Below the pieces are notes generated by a model. That model was not told the DNA's origin. It searched no databases and saw only the letters and a program-made list of their open reading frames with translations. Position numbers and translations under genes: made by a program. This document shows positions 44,701 to 58,858 of a stretch of 64,000 nt of DNA, one piece after another. The stretch is from assembly GCA_964035545.1 (NCBI GenBank), contig OZ037765.1, positions 8,318,698 through 8,382,697 of the forward strand. Reading direction: 5' to 3'. The stretch is from Bugula neritina (taxonomy: Eukaryota; Animalia; Bryozoa). How positions within the stretch are numbered: position 1 is the stretch's first letter; each line of letters starts with the position of its first letter.

Positions 44701-47700
44701 TACTTCAATGGCCAGCGAGACTAATAGTTGTGTTGATATTCTTATAAGCTTCTCACACATTTACCTGAGATTCCACTGTCACAGTGACAGAACAGCCAGG
44801 TAGACTGCTTGGCTGCACCTGCGTCTTACAGGTATTACATTCTTACCTTCACAGATGTCTAGAAATCAAAGACATAAATCAAAAGTTGGTTTTTTAATTC
44901 ATGCCACATTTTATTTGTTGAAGAACTAAGACTGCAAATTTGCTATTTTGCATTTATTACAGAACTTTATTCTCCAATCCCAATGCACCAAGTCTCTACC
45001 TCCAGCTGTCTAGTGGTCACCTGTCTAAAATCATGTTGTACACATGTTTCTGAATCATATTATTATGAATTTTGTAAACCTTTAAAGTCTAAGGTTTAGA
45101 GTGTTTTGTAGATTTCTGGGTTGGCCAATGCAGACGTAGGAAGATACAAATGCATGTTCAGTAATGCCTATGGACACGCCACTTACACCACCACACTCAC
45201 TTTAGAAGGTGAGTTCCCTTGTCTCCATGTCATTCACTAAATGGCCGGAATTTTTGCTATTTCTACTTCTCATTTGTTTATTTGTTGGTGGAAAATATAG
45301 ATGATTTAGTAATAGCAAACTGTTATATTTTTACTAAGCTTTGATATTGGTGGCATTCAGAGATTGTGTAATGGAATGCTTGCAACATTCTCTGTAATGT
45401 GCGGCTCAGATAAACAAATTTAACAGCCTGTGACGTGAATAGAGTTGTCAACTGGTGAAGTAGATCCGTGGAACTGGTAACAGCTCCCAACTTATATTGT
45501 GTAATGGTAATGAGAGGAAACAACACTACTAGTTGCTTATTAGTATGCAGGATGATTATTTCTACTAGCATTTAAAGCCAATGTTATGTGGTAATTAGTA
45601 AAAAACAACTATTGACAATGATTAACAGATGTTTGTATCACTTTCCTAAATCCCATTGAATGTTTTAGTAAGCCTATAGTTTACAATCTATTAACATACT
45701 TTTTGCATGGCGAAATAGTTTTTGTGAACACTTGACTCTGGATTTTAAAGTTTTTGTTTTAAATGATTTGGCATTTCACTTTATGTGGTTAGGTTTAGCT
45801 TAAAGAGAGATGATTGGGTCTGGTTTGAAAGCATCTTCCATACTATTTCAGAAGTCCTACCCCCCCCACCCCCCCCCCCTACCACCCACTGTTTAACTTC
45901 AAAATTAAGTTGATTGTTGGAAACTGCTTTAGGAGGGTTGATGCTAGTGTAATTATTTTCTTTGTTTTTTGCCAGTTTTCCTGCTGTCCAGTAATTAAGA
46001 GCAGCTGTAAGATTATTGAAGCTGGCATGACTGTTAATTGTATAATATAATGGACATGTTGAAGTGTACTAAGTACTATGTCCATCTGTAATTTTAGTTT
46101 TTATATTTATTCAGCATCTTAAATCAGCAATTCAACATTCAGTAGTTTGCAATGCATAAATGAAAGCACTTGCATGTAAACCATAAAAAAGAGAACACTA
46201 AGAGACTTGAAGCTAGAAGGCTGTCATCGTGACTGACACATTGCGTATGACATGAGATAAATTTGGTTCAGTGATGGTTTCAGAATCCAGTGAACCTAAT
46301 GTAATGAAATTTATTACTTTTTTCACATGCTACCAATTTTTTAATAGTGACTCATAATTGCTATTTTCGGAAATTTAAGATGGTATCTGGTGGCAGAAAT
46401 AAATTTATTCCGTTTTAGACATTTAATACATTCATAAACTTTCAAGCTTACAGATGAAGCAGCTTAAGTATAAAGGGCAAATGTGGAAGTTTTAATGTGA
46501 AATATTGCCTATTATATTCATAATAAAATATGTGGATTAAGAAAATTTCCACATTAAATGTTAATTTAAAGACCCCTATTTTGCCTACTTTCATAAAATG
46601 ATTTGTGATTATAAATACTCTACATTCACAGCTTTGGGTTGACCATCTGAATGATATTTAATGAGCTTTCTTGCATTGGTACAGTATTGATACAGTATTG
46701 ATATAATATTGGTACAGTATTGGTGCAGTATTGGTATAGTATTGGTAAAGTATTGGTGCAGTATTGGTATAGTATTGGTACAGTATTGCATTGGTAGGCA
46801 TGAGAGGAAGTCAGCAAATTATCTGATTTTCTGATGCAGCAGTTGCAAAATTTCCACCCTAAGTTTGCCTTCAGTTATTTGCCAGAGTTATTCCCCCCTT
46901 GTTTCTAACTCTGTCAAACAAGAAACCTACTGTAAGTTTGCACGGGGCTTAATTTCTTATTTAATGCCCGGAGCAAATCACCAAAGATGCATAAATTCTA
47001 TAAACAAAAAGATTAAAAGCTTAAAATCAGCCATACCTTTAAATTATACCTTCATACTCAATATAGCCCACGGCCATAATTCTTATTTTATAGGAGGTGC
47101 TTTGATAACGGAACCTCCTCGGAATCTCACAGTTAACAACGGACAACCAGTGTACTTCAGATGCAAAGGAACTGCTAGTCCAGATAATGTAACATATACC
47201 TGGTCTAAAGATGGCGTAGATGTCACCACCATTAGAAAGCTTAGGTAAGGCTGCTACTATAAACTTTTCCCTACCCTGGGCCTGTGCCTGGTTCTATAGA
47301 TTTTCCACTATCTGCATTTCCAGTTTGATTAAAACATTCTAGTTATTTGTAAGCTTCCATAAAAACTATCATTATTAAAAGAGTTTTCCTTCCTCAATTC
47401 AGTAGTGCTAACTTCCCTAACTTAAAACAACTTTGATTAAGTCCTACATTTTCTTTATTATATGATTGTGGAACTTAAGACAGACATTAGTCTGCTCCAA
47501 GTCTCAGTGCTCTTACATTAATTTGATGCGATACTGGCTCCACATTTCCTCATCATTCATGACTAAATATTGAAAGATTTAGGTGTGTTGACATCTAGTT
47601 GCATTAATTTAGTAATCTTGAATACTTCACAGGTGTTCATCCTGCATCTTATACTATCTAGTGAACTTTCTTTATCTCTTATAAAAGGAATTCATGATTT

Positions 47701-50700
47701 TAACCTGAGCAATAATGCTATTCTGCAGTTACAATTTCTACTTTGTATTAAGCTTGCAAAATTTTAGTATAAGTTTTAATAACTTCTATAAAAAACAACA
47801 GCAAGAGCCTTTGATAGGTGTATGTGTTGAAATACTTAATTACTTTTGCAAATCAGTTGAATGATTAAATACATTTGTTCACAGCACCAGGGTGCAGCTG
47901 GAGTCAGATGGTAGTCTGTACATATCATCAGTTGGAGGAGAGGACACAGGGGTGTACAGATGTACTGTGTCCAATGGACTGGGGGCTCCCATGTCCGCTG
48001 AAGCTCATCTTAGTGTCATCTGTAAGTCTGCTATTAACATTACAGAATATTTAAGCTAGTCTTTTGATAATTTAGTTCCAAATCAAATGTGGGCTATACC
48101 TTATACTGTAAGGCTTCTCCTTACTGTGAATAGTAGTTTAACACTAGCTATTTCAATATTGTGCGTTCAAATAAAAGAGACTGTATATTGCAACTCAACA
48201 TTCTATCATAGTAAATCACAGTCATACAATCAATAGTACTATTTGTAATATTCTTTGTATTTTTTCCCATTCTCACAACGTTGAGAAATATTTAAAAAAT
48301 CCTTGTGGTTGATTGATGAGTAGTTGGCAGATTTTGAACCTTTCATTCAGATAACGTACTAACAGTAGAATCAATTCCCCATTCATCACTTGTTGTTGGG
48401 CCAGGAATGAGAGATGGTTTCAGCCCCAATTATGACACATTAATGCAGACACGGTTGAAGTACTTCTGCATATAGGAGCTTTTATAATGCCTACAAAATG
48501 GTATCAATGAAACATTAGTTTTTGGCGTTGTACACTAGTTTTACATAACAGACCTCTTTAAAAGAATATGCGTATGCTGTATAACTTGTAATAAGCAAGC
48601 CAGGTGAGCTTTGCCAAACCTCAGATTTCATTTACATAACTCTACAGGTAATTTTTATAGGCACATAACAAAAACAGTTGGAAAATTTATTGGAATCATG
48701 TAGAATTGATATTGTTTGATGATATATTAAGCAATGTTATTTGTTCAATCTTGGTGTAACGTGTAAAAAAATCATAAAGCAATAAAATAGTTACAAGCAA
48801 ATAGAGCTGAAAATGGTTGATAAAACAATTACAGAGAGTTCATTCTTACGATTAGTTTCTTATTTTATTTTTATTATGTAAAGTAGAGCATGTAATTACA
48901 GGAGTTGTCAGGCTAATGAATAAATGTGGAATCTTATAATCGTGGGTTTTCCACTAAATCACACCCCTATAATGTTTGCAAACAGAAGTTCAACTACAGT
49001 CATTTAGTGGGCTGCAAACTTATGATAATGACTCATTTAAAGTTTATAATTCTATATGCCCAATACCTTTCAAAGCAAGCCACAAAAGAAAGCACCTTGC
49101 ATGTGTGTACACATGATGTAATGTGGGCTCACTCTTATGTATTTTTACTGGTTCAAACTGTATGCCAATTCATCAAACATTTTAGAGAAACTGTTTTGGT
49201 TTGATAAATATTTTCAAAACACTTATAAGCAGCTTTTTACAATGTAGCATTACAGTATTGACAGCTGATGAGCAAAAATTGCCAATCACTTTTTAAAACT
49301 AAAATGTCATTCTTTCTTCCTTTTCTTTTTCTCAATGCAGTTTATTAAAGTCTACTTCTATAAGTTTTAACACCATCTATTGCTGACGTGGGCTGAGAGA
49401 TGGTGGGCTGAGGATTTGGCCTTAGCTTCCTTTTCAAATACACATCAATAATTTAGTATATTTTGCAAAGGCACTTTTCAATGGCCTTCATACTAAGCAT
49501 TGCTTGCTGGTTTCAGTTACTCCTCTTGTCGACAAAGATAAGATGCAGTCTAAGGTCTACATTCCCGTTGGAGGAAATGGTAGGCTGCCCTGTCCTGTGA
49601 TTGGCTACCCAGCCGTAACGAGAGTTGTCTGGACAAGGCTAAGAGAACCTCTTGATATCGACTCTCCCCGGTAGGTGCAAGAAACTGACAACTTCAACAA
49701 AATGTTTTACAAGCACAGACAAGCCAACTATGAGATATTTTAAGAATGAGAAATTTACAAAATTAAATCATAATCATCGTTTGGAGTAATTTCAAATTGG
49801 TAGAACACCAACGTATGCCTTGCTTTCTTATGCAGTTAAAATGAATACTTTTATAGATTGGTTTAAGTCAGTTGTTGTTATTAGTTCTGATACACTAATA
49901 GTATTATGTGGAGTTGAGTCTTTGATCTTTTCATTTTGTTTGTTAGAAAACAAATTAGTTGGACTAGCCAACTGTTAGGAGCTAAATTACTGCTTATTCT
50001 GAATTTTAAACTTATTCATGTAATCTGCAGGTGTATAGTTTATTTGTAATGAGTCAGGCTATATTATCTCTTTATTGCTCTCAGCTTTACTATATTGATT
50101 GTAAATAAATTGTGGGAACTCTTGTGGAGTTCCTGTATTTACAAAGAAAATTGCATAACAATAGCTTTGTAGTTAATGATTTAGAGAAAAAAAACTCAAT
50201 CAGTTAGGAAGTAATTGCCGTTTTGTGCTAAAGAATAACAAGGGATTTGATGCAACGTGTTAGTTGCAATGAGTAGGTTTATTCTTAGTTTTGAAAACTT
50301 CAATATTTTTACTCGACTTTTCAATTGAAGTGGCTGAAAGATTGCTTCAACACTCTACTAATCCCATTGATATCTTATCATATGGTGATTACTGCCTTGA
50401 TTAGATTGAAATATTGAAGGAGGGAAAATTCTGTTATTTAATTATACTAAGCAGATGGGGATGTATGAAATAATTAAGCAAAAAACAGCTCTGGGCTTCA
50501 CTGAGTTAGTCCAGGCACGTTAGTTACAGCAATTCAGATTTGTTTCTTTTTTTGCAGGTACAACGTGACCAGTAAGTTTTCTCTTCTCATTGAGAATGTG
50601 ACGGCCAAGGATACCGGGCTGTACACCTGCACACCCCATAACCAGTACGGCCCAGGAGTTCAGTCGGACCTCATCACTGTAGTGGCTCTAAGTAAGAACA

Positions 50701-53700
50701 TGCTAGTATACATACAATCAACATTGTGGTAATTATTATGCCATAAATTAGGCAGTCAACTAGATTTAAAACAAGAGTGCCGTGCCACATTTGTTCTCTA
50801 CAAAAACTGTTACAAAGCAAAAAGGCTATGTTTAACTTTTCTTCAACACTTTTTTATTGTTTTATTTGTTTTTTTACACATTGTTTCACTAATATTAGTA
50901 AATTATAGGGTGAACTGTTTTTTTTAAATTTATTGATACAACTTTTAATCTTCATATATTTAGGTTATATACTTTGAGTTCCTAGAACTACAAACAACAG
51001 GCTAAATAAAACTTAAGCAGTTGTCTCCACTCTCTTGCTCAGTGAAAAACAATAGCAGCTTATACTGGAGCCAGCCAGAGTAGCTAATTATTGCATAATG
51101 TAGAAAATGCAGATCAGTAGTTACAATATTCATGTACAGTTTGGTGCTCGAGTTTTCAAATTTGATTTAATCATACATTGACAGGTACTACATTTAGGTT
51201 TGAGCTGGTAAAAATATTGCTACCTAAAATCTAACATGAAGCTTCCAAATTTTAGGTTATAATTTTATTATGCACATATGAAAAAATAACCAATAAATAA
51301 ATACATTTTTTAAAATCATGTAGCATTGTTATATTGTAAATACTATAACAGTATTGTTACTCCAATATGTAGTTTGTTTTTCCATTTTTCTATAATAGGC
51401 AAGTTGTAGCCTTTAGGCCTATACTATAAAGTTGTCAAACTGTAAAGCCATGAGACTGTAATCGAATCCTAAAGTTTATCTTCACGAGTTTACACGTGGT
51501 ATTGATTTTCAGAACCTCCATATTTCACAGCCAGTCCAGAGCCAGTTTACACTATAGATATAGAATCCTCAATCAGCATCCCATGCACTGCACAATCAGA
51601 AAATGTAATCAATCCTACCATTATATGGAGAAAGGTAGGTGGCCAGTCTTGGCTTTAATATAGATTTGATAATCTGTATAGATTCTATCCATTTAAGAAA
51701 CAACTATGTAGGGCTGCAGTAGCGTAAGGGATTATCTAGAATTTTAGTATTTTATCCTTATAAATTATAGCTGGTTTATTTTAAATAAGTTTGCTTAATG
51801 GAATTTTTATAGATTTAATCAAGTTAATTATTTTGAAATTGTTGCGGTCACGAAGCAGCTGAATAGAGAAACAAGTGCATGTAGGGTCATTCATGGTTAA
51901 CTTAGGTAGCTTAAGTTCTTTTCTTTCCAGTAGATTAAATTGTTTTGCAGATATACGGCCCTTTGCCCTCCTCCATGGAGCAGAAACCTGAGGGTAACAT
52001 CACTATAAATAACATACAAAAGAAAGATGGTGGATTGTACGAGTGTGAAGCTACTGATGGTCAGATCAGCTCTTTTGCTCGAACAGAAATAATCATAAAA
52101 AGTAAGTAAAAGAAAACAGAACTAATCATAAAATTAAGAACAGTTAAAGCCACAGCACCTGGTATGCCAGCTAAACAACTGCGGCTTGAACTATTTTGGA
52201 CTAACTTTTTCAAAAAGCTAAGTATTTTGTTTGTGACCTTTTTCAATAAATGTATTTAGTTAACTGGCAAGAATTTTACGCTACATGTCGTAGTAGTTGA
52301 GCAGTTGGAGACTAGGCAAAGCAAAATCACTCTGTTGCCTTCTCTAGTGATATTCAGTTCTGAGTTGTCTCCCCATATGGTTTGCATAGCTGTAAAAGTA
52401 TCAATTAGTAATATCAAGAAATGAGAAGACAACTATTACACTTATCAAAACTCTTTACTCTGTTGTTATATGTTGTAGATACTACGCCCCATGCTCCAAC
52501 CAATGTCACAGCACGTTTTGGACATTTTGACATCAAAATATCCTGGAAACCAGGATTTGACGGTGGATTTACTCAAACTTTTATTATATTGTAAGTAAGA
52601 TTTTGTTAACTTAAGCTTGGGTGTGACTACCAAATTTTATATTCAAATTCTAACATTTAAGCAGTTGAAAACTTTTGGTAAAGAGTTTTTAAAGGATAAT
52701 TTAAACCTAACTAGTTAGTAGTTATATGTAGCTAGCTGCCTTGTACACACATCCTATGCATAATTTTTAATTACTATATAAGTATAATTATTAAATATGC
52801 ATGCAATACAATTAAATTTGCTTCAGGCAATTAATGAAAAGAATATTTATTTGAAATTATGCAAATTATAATGCAGCCTAAAATTTCCTAGAATATTTAT
52901 TTAATGTTCTACAATTACTTGATTCTAGTTATCCTGCAGTTACTAAAACTTGAATGTAAGTGAATTTTGAGTTGAATTTATCTTGATTTAAAGTGCAGCT
53001 TACAACCTGCTGTACTTTATACAAATACCAAAGATCAATATTTTACCCCTTATTATGTAAAATATCATTGATGATCATTGACAAAAGTGTAGCTCAATGA
53101 GTAATTAAGTAGCATCCAGTCTCAACATTCATATATGAATTTCCAACCAACAGAGGGAGTTTTTCTTTCAGCAGAAACATAAAGATTGTAGTAAACTAAT
53201 AACTATTACAAAATTCGAAGAATCTGAATTCAACTCTTTTCTTCTGATTATTGGTAGTTGGCTGCCCATGCTCAAAAGACAGTAGTGTTAAGACAACTCC
53301 AATATTGAAATATGTTGTGCAGATAATTGCTCCATGTGAAAAACTTGGGGCTTTATGAAATCATTCTAACAAGAAAATTATGTTGCCGATTTGCTAACTA
53401 GCTCATTGTTATAACTTCAGAATACTGGTTAATGGTAGAATACAATTGTTTTATAAATACAAAATTTTAACATTTGCCTTATAGTTATACTTAGTATGGC
53501 GCCTTTATGAGTCTTTATTCATATTCATAGTAACAAGCAGAATTGTTTATTGTATTAATGTATATACTATCAACAAAACCAAAGTTGTGTAAAGCAAAAA
53601 AACTCTAACTAAAATATTTTGTTGTTTTTAAATGTTGTTACAAATTTGGTATTTTTCATAATTATTGCCATTTATTGTAGCGATTCTCCTTTGCTTATTA

Positions 53701-56700
53701 TTGTTAAGAGAAGTATGATGGATTTTCTTTCTATGCACGTTGGAATATTATATTTATGTAAGAACAAAAATAAATAACATTTTAGATTTAGAGAAACTGC
53801 AAAGATTAATGGTAACTGGCAAAACTTACCCGGCTACGAAGAGCGAACTGAGTATATCATATTTGGGCTCATCCCAAAGACAGAATACGAGCTCAAAGTT
53901 CTATCAAGAAATAAATTGGGAGACGGGATGTATAGCAATTCAGTTACTGGCAAAACACTTGGTAAGATAATGATGCTACACTAGTATTCTTATTTGTTTG
54001 AGCATCACTGTCATTAGATGATCTAATTATACTGCATCGAAATAGTTTAGTTTTGACTTATCATAATATTAACCTGTTTTTCAATACTGAAATTTAATTT
54101 CATGTAGTTGATTACGAGTTTAAGTTTAACTGTAAATTCAAAGGTTAACCTACATGTTATTCAGTTATTTGATGATTGTGTTCTAAAGTTAATTTGTACA
54201 GTATGTGTTAATACTTGTATGCATATGCTAATATATATTATAGTTTACCACTTATCAACTTGTAGGCTATATTCCTGGTGCAGTTGGTGCTCTTCCAGTT
54301 GATTTGTTTGGGAAAACAGTATTTCCATCTATTATAAAAAAGCTGGGTAAGTTATTAGAGCAATCTTAACGATACATGCAGTCCTTCTACCTCATATAAC
54401 ATTATTTGTATCCCAATCTGTGATGTTTGGTATAAAACTTTGTTTAATATTATACAGATATGTTTATATAAATAATTTGATAAATATCTTTGATGAGATG
54501 CGCAAATAAAAAACACTTTCTCCTAATCTGTGATATTTTATATGATACTTTTGCATAATATATTACGTTTCATATTTAAATTTTAGTATTTTTAGAGATA
54601 GATACGAGTATAATGCTATAAATGAAGGTAGTTTGATAGATATTTAAATTCATACAGATGAGATAAATAGCATTTTGCATAGTAATATCCTATGTTTAAT
54701 ATTTAAATTTTAGTATTTTTAGAGATAGATATAATGATATAAATATAGAAACTTTGATAGATATCTAAACTCATATAGATGAGATAAATAATATTTTGCA
54801 GGCCCTACTCCTGGCACACCAGATAATATTTCAGCCGTTCACGATCAAACTGGTGGTATTAATGTGAGCTGGTCAAAGCCACTGGAAACGGCTGTACCGA
54901 TACTTTATTATCGGGTTGAATACAGAAATGCAAGTGGATCAATCTGGCATAAAGACAAGCCTGTCTTAGCAAATAGTACCTCTACAAGATTTGTGCCTAC
55001 CAATGCTCAAGATGGTAAAATAGTAAAATACTTCTTCAGAGTTCGTGCTTATGGTCTGCTATCGTATAGTGACTACAGCAATGGTGCTATTATATATTAC
55101 CCAGGTATTTATTCGTTACATGTATTAATAGTTTTAAAAGTTATATGCTAATAGCATGCATGGCATCACATTCACCTTTATAGTATAAATATTGTTCCCA
55201 CTTTTTTATTATGCCATGGCTTGCAACACTTGAAAACTGTATTGTAAATTTATTTTACATTGTACTAATTTTTTAATATAAGCAGTGCAGTATATGAATG
55301 TAATACACTAACCGTAGCTTTCTGTTTGACAGAAGAAAAACCACCTGCAGGCCTGAGTCTTGGAGCTAAGATAGGGATAGGAGTTGCATCATTCTTCTTC
55401 TTTGGCTTGCTAGCAATCGTTGTCGTTATTCTTTGTGATCTAAAACCTAAGGATAAACGAAGAGCAGGTCAAGAAAAAAATGGTAACGTACAATGCAAAG
55501 TAGTAATTTAGTTTCATATTTGTGTGGGAATAAAAATAACGAAATAATAATAGTTTAGTAGCTGTATTACTGATGTACATTCTTTTACTTTAAAATGTGT
55601 GTCAAAGGATAGCACCAATTATATTATATTTTTATAGCAAATCATGCGTTATTCTTTATTTTTATATGTGTGTAGCCTTAAATTTGCTGCTGGTTAAAAC
55701 TGAAACATGAATATACCTTTCAGGCTCCCAAGGGCATTACAGCATTGCACCACAGACACCTAATGGAAATAAGTAAGTTTCTATTATGCATCATCGATAG
55801 TGTATGCGCAAACAAAGTGTCTAAATAGATTATACATGAACTTGTATGCCAACACAAATTTTGTTGTATGATAAATAATTAGGGGCTAACTAATAACTTG
55901 GATATTTGATACAAATACTTTTAACTCTGACAGGTAGCTCTCTGTGTTTTTGTTTATCGTATTATTTTAAGTATGGTGTTGACTTTCGTATACATGCACC
56001 CAATTGGTATGATCCGATTTCAGATTGCATAGTTCATCTTCATTTGGAACTATTTCCAGACAAAACAAAGGTGATCGTTAATATGCATGAGTCATAATTT
56101 ATGCTTGAATTTGGTTGCTAAAATCAGTGTTGTATAACTTTCAGTCATCAGTGATAGATAATGTTACAGTTGTAGGCAAAGATTTGTTACTTGTAGCGAT
56201 TTAGACTAAGTCGATGTTCTTATTGAGATTTCATTTTTAATGATATGTTGTGGAGTGTTGTATTTACTAGCAGTTTTGTGTTATTGCTAATTTAAGTATT
56301 TTGGTATCTGCAAAAGTAATATAGCATTGAGTCAAACAGAAAATATGCATAGTAACTGTTGAAATTGCATACAAACCAGCTAAATGCATAAATATTTTAG
56401 ATGCAAATTTATTTTAGAATCAATGTTTGATGTAAGCTGTTCCGTAGCAAGTATTTTTACTAACAAAGTTCTTTTTATATTTTTTTCTATTTTATCTGTA
56501 TAAATTTCTCACCGTATTATGGCTATTTATGTTTTAGCGAATGGCAATCATTCTATCCTTATCATGGAGGAAGATTTGCTATAAATGGCGAAGTAGATAG
56601 CGTTTATGTAGTTGATAATCATAGAGATACACTTCCTACAAATTCCTCAAATGGGCGAGATTGCTCAATGGCCAGACATGAACAGGGTTGGTATTTTCCA

Positions 56701-58575
56701 AGAGATGGTCATCCTGAACAAGATTTAACCATAACGTATGATTCTAGTTCCTCAGATAAGCCTCCTCCACACGGTCCCAGTTACACTGCCAACTACTCCA
56801 ACTACAATGGACTTCTTCATGGCTATTATGATGCTAGAACCGGTACTCAAATACCACACCATCTTAGAAATTACTCGCATTCGGGACTAGAAAACAGTGA
56901 TGTAGCAGATGGCCACCTATTGAATAATCTACCAAGTCATCATTATCCACACACAGTCACTACTGAGAAAGTATGGCCGATACCGCAACCAAGATTTTCT
57001 AGATACCACACTGAACCTCATCCTATTTACGCCAATCAAGCAGTTCTTAAACACAATGCAGAGTCTAGTTGGTTTACTCCACATTTTCACCCGTCCAATA
57101 CATTCAAAGCTCATTCTTCAACAATGTCTCCCATCAGCTTGTCTTATGATCGAGATCAAGAGATTGTACTAAAACCATCATTACCACGTCAAAGTTCTAT
57201 GAAGCCCTTAACACAGGTCGCTGCTGATAAAGATATTTTATTCGATGCCAACTTGAGCATTGTCAAAGAAGGAAGTTTAGGGACATCAGCTGGGGAAGAT
57301 TATGATTTTCGAAATGCCAACGAATACCCCTATACTAATGGGTGGGTGGAGAGTCAACTACCGGCATTTAATGACAGGCAGCATTTTTCTGGGCATACCA
57401 ATACACTCAGAAGACACATTACAGAGCCAGCACACAAACTGAGAGGTTATCACACACTGGCATCTAACAGCATGCCTAAGGGCCCTAATTATCACCCATT
57501 TGCATCTCGTCACACAGTAGATAAAGGTTCTAGCATTAGTTCTAGTATAAATGAAATGAGAGCCCACTACAGTAGAGATAAGCTGGTGGGCACCATTGAG
57601 AAGGTGAGAAGTACAGGTTCTCGGTCTAGAAAACCAGAAAGTTTCGGCACCCTAAGCAGTGGTCAATCTAGTCCTCAACCAAATACATATATTAATTCTC
57701 CATTGCCTCCTCCGTACCAAATAGCAGAATGTTACCCTGAATTAGTTTCACCTATGTATTATAATAATAACAACAACAGGCAGCCTGACGCATACTCACC
57801 TAAAAAGGGAAAAGTTCACCTGCCGAAAAATCAAAGCTATCAAATCAAAACCTCTGGCTTGTTAACTCCTACAACATACAAATCTCCGGAATTTACTCAT
57901 TACGACAGCAAATTTTTGCCATCTACAAATAGGCATTCTAGTTTGAGCAATGCATGGTCTCAATCAAGAGCCGACACTAAACAGAATACAACTAGGCCCT
58001 CTTGGTCTCAATCTTCAGCACCTACACCGTTTGAGTACGATATCAGCTGTGAGTCATCACCAGCAGTCCAGTTGCCTCAATTCACTTCTAAAAACGCACA
58101 AATATTATCTCTTTATTCTAACCCTCAAAGTGCATTCAATCAACCTATCAAGCAGTCTGAACCAAGTTCATCTCACCAAGTCTCAAAGACTAGTTATGAC
58201 CCAAGCTTTTTATTAAATAGATACAACCAGCAGCAATATCAGCCGGGTCCACTTACGCCGCCATCTTCAAAATTAACAACTTGGGCACCCTCAGATTCTG
58301 TTGATGAAAATTACGAGTTCGATCCAGTATTGATCGACAGCGAACCTCAAGACTTCTTCCATATACACAGTGTGGGTATGCCAGAGCCTGCCGAAACCGA
58401 TTCCAACTCTAGTCAAGGTATTAAAAAGCCATCTTTATATGCAGAAAAGCGATCACCTCTAATCTCGGACAACTCTCAAAGATTTCACAGGTTACGAGAT
58501 GAATATAACACTTACAAGCAAAACTCTGCTAACCAACAGTTAACCTTAAGTCGTTTGGAAAGTGATATACTGTAG
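30847..58575 (+). CDS. IGSF9: Protein turtle homolog / IGSF9 family cell-adhesion molecule (signal peptide, 5 Ig, 2 FN3, TM, long cytoplasmic tail)
   Basis: Phase-consistent exons 30847-30910 (signal MVNYIAILLIITASVGIAITE), 33088-33245, 36296-36437, 43491-43663, 45112-45208, 47094-47244, 47885-48021, 49517-49670, 50558-50691, 51513-51634, 51951-52101, 52479-52590 (WKPGFDGGFTQTF), 53786-53961, 54266-54346, 54802-55104, 55333-55482 (TM), 55724-55772, 56538-58575. Five Ig domains with Cys, Trp and DxGxYxC motifs. The tail motif SVDENYEFD resembles vertebrate IGSF9 SVDENYEWD as I recall it. Confidence 0.88.
32755..32796. repeat. (CTG)n microsatellite in an IGSF9 intron
   Basis: About 14 CTG units with one CTA interruption. 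Confidence 0.9.
36508..36659. mobile_element. Small degenerate palindromic element (MITE-like); related half-copy at about 41145-41195
   Basis: GAATTGTTCTACAAGCAGC...GACTGAGTGCAGTAGTTTGG pairs with CCAAACTACTGCATTAGTC...GCTGCTAATAGCGCAATTC. A similar AAGCAGC...GGGGTGACTGAGTGCAG arm recurs near 41160. No clear TSD. Confidence 0.5.
46675..46795. repeat. 11-bp minisatellite (CAGTATTGGTA, about 11 copies)
   Basis: Visible tandem repeat; explains the minus-strand ORFs at 46609-46817. Confidence 0.85.
54545..54801. repeat. Roughly 125-bp tandem duplication ending at an IGSF9 splice acceptor
   Basis: Two copies of ATATTTAAATTTTAGTATTTTTAGAGATAGATA...TTTGATAGATAT..AAA.TCATA.AGATGAGATAAATA..ATTTTGCA. 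Confidence 0.85.
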
Positions 58576-58858
58576 GAAATTTTTTGAATTTGATATTGTT
58601 CTAGCAGCTTGATGTATTTTTCATTTTGTACATCATTTTGTTGTCAAAATAACTTTTTCTCGTATAATTGAATTTTTTCTCAATATACACTGTGTATACA
58701 AGTAGTTAGAACATTCCCAAAATTTTGCCTTTGCAACTTTACAACTATGATAGTATTAACAGTATTTATTATTTTTGTGTAGCATATAATTATTATTATT
58801 TAATTGTTGTATAGTAAATGCAGAGTAGGAAATAGCATAAAATTGAAGTAAGCAAATA

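Noticed and set aside
56929-58216. Short ORFs overlapping the large IGSF9 terminal exon
   Set aside because: Short alternative-frame or antisense shadows of a real coding exon with no recognisable features.
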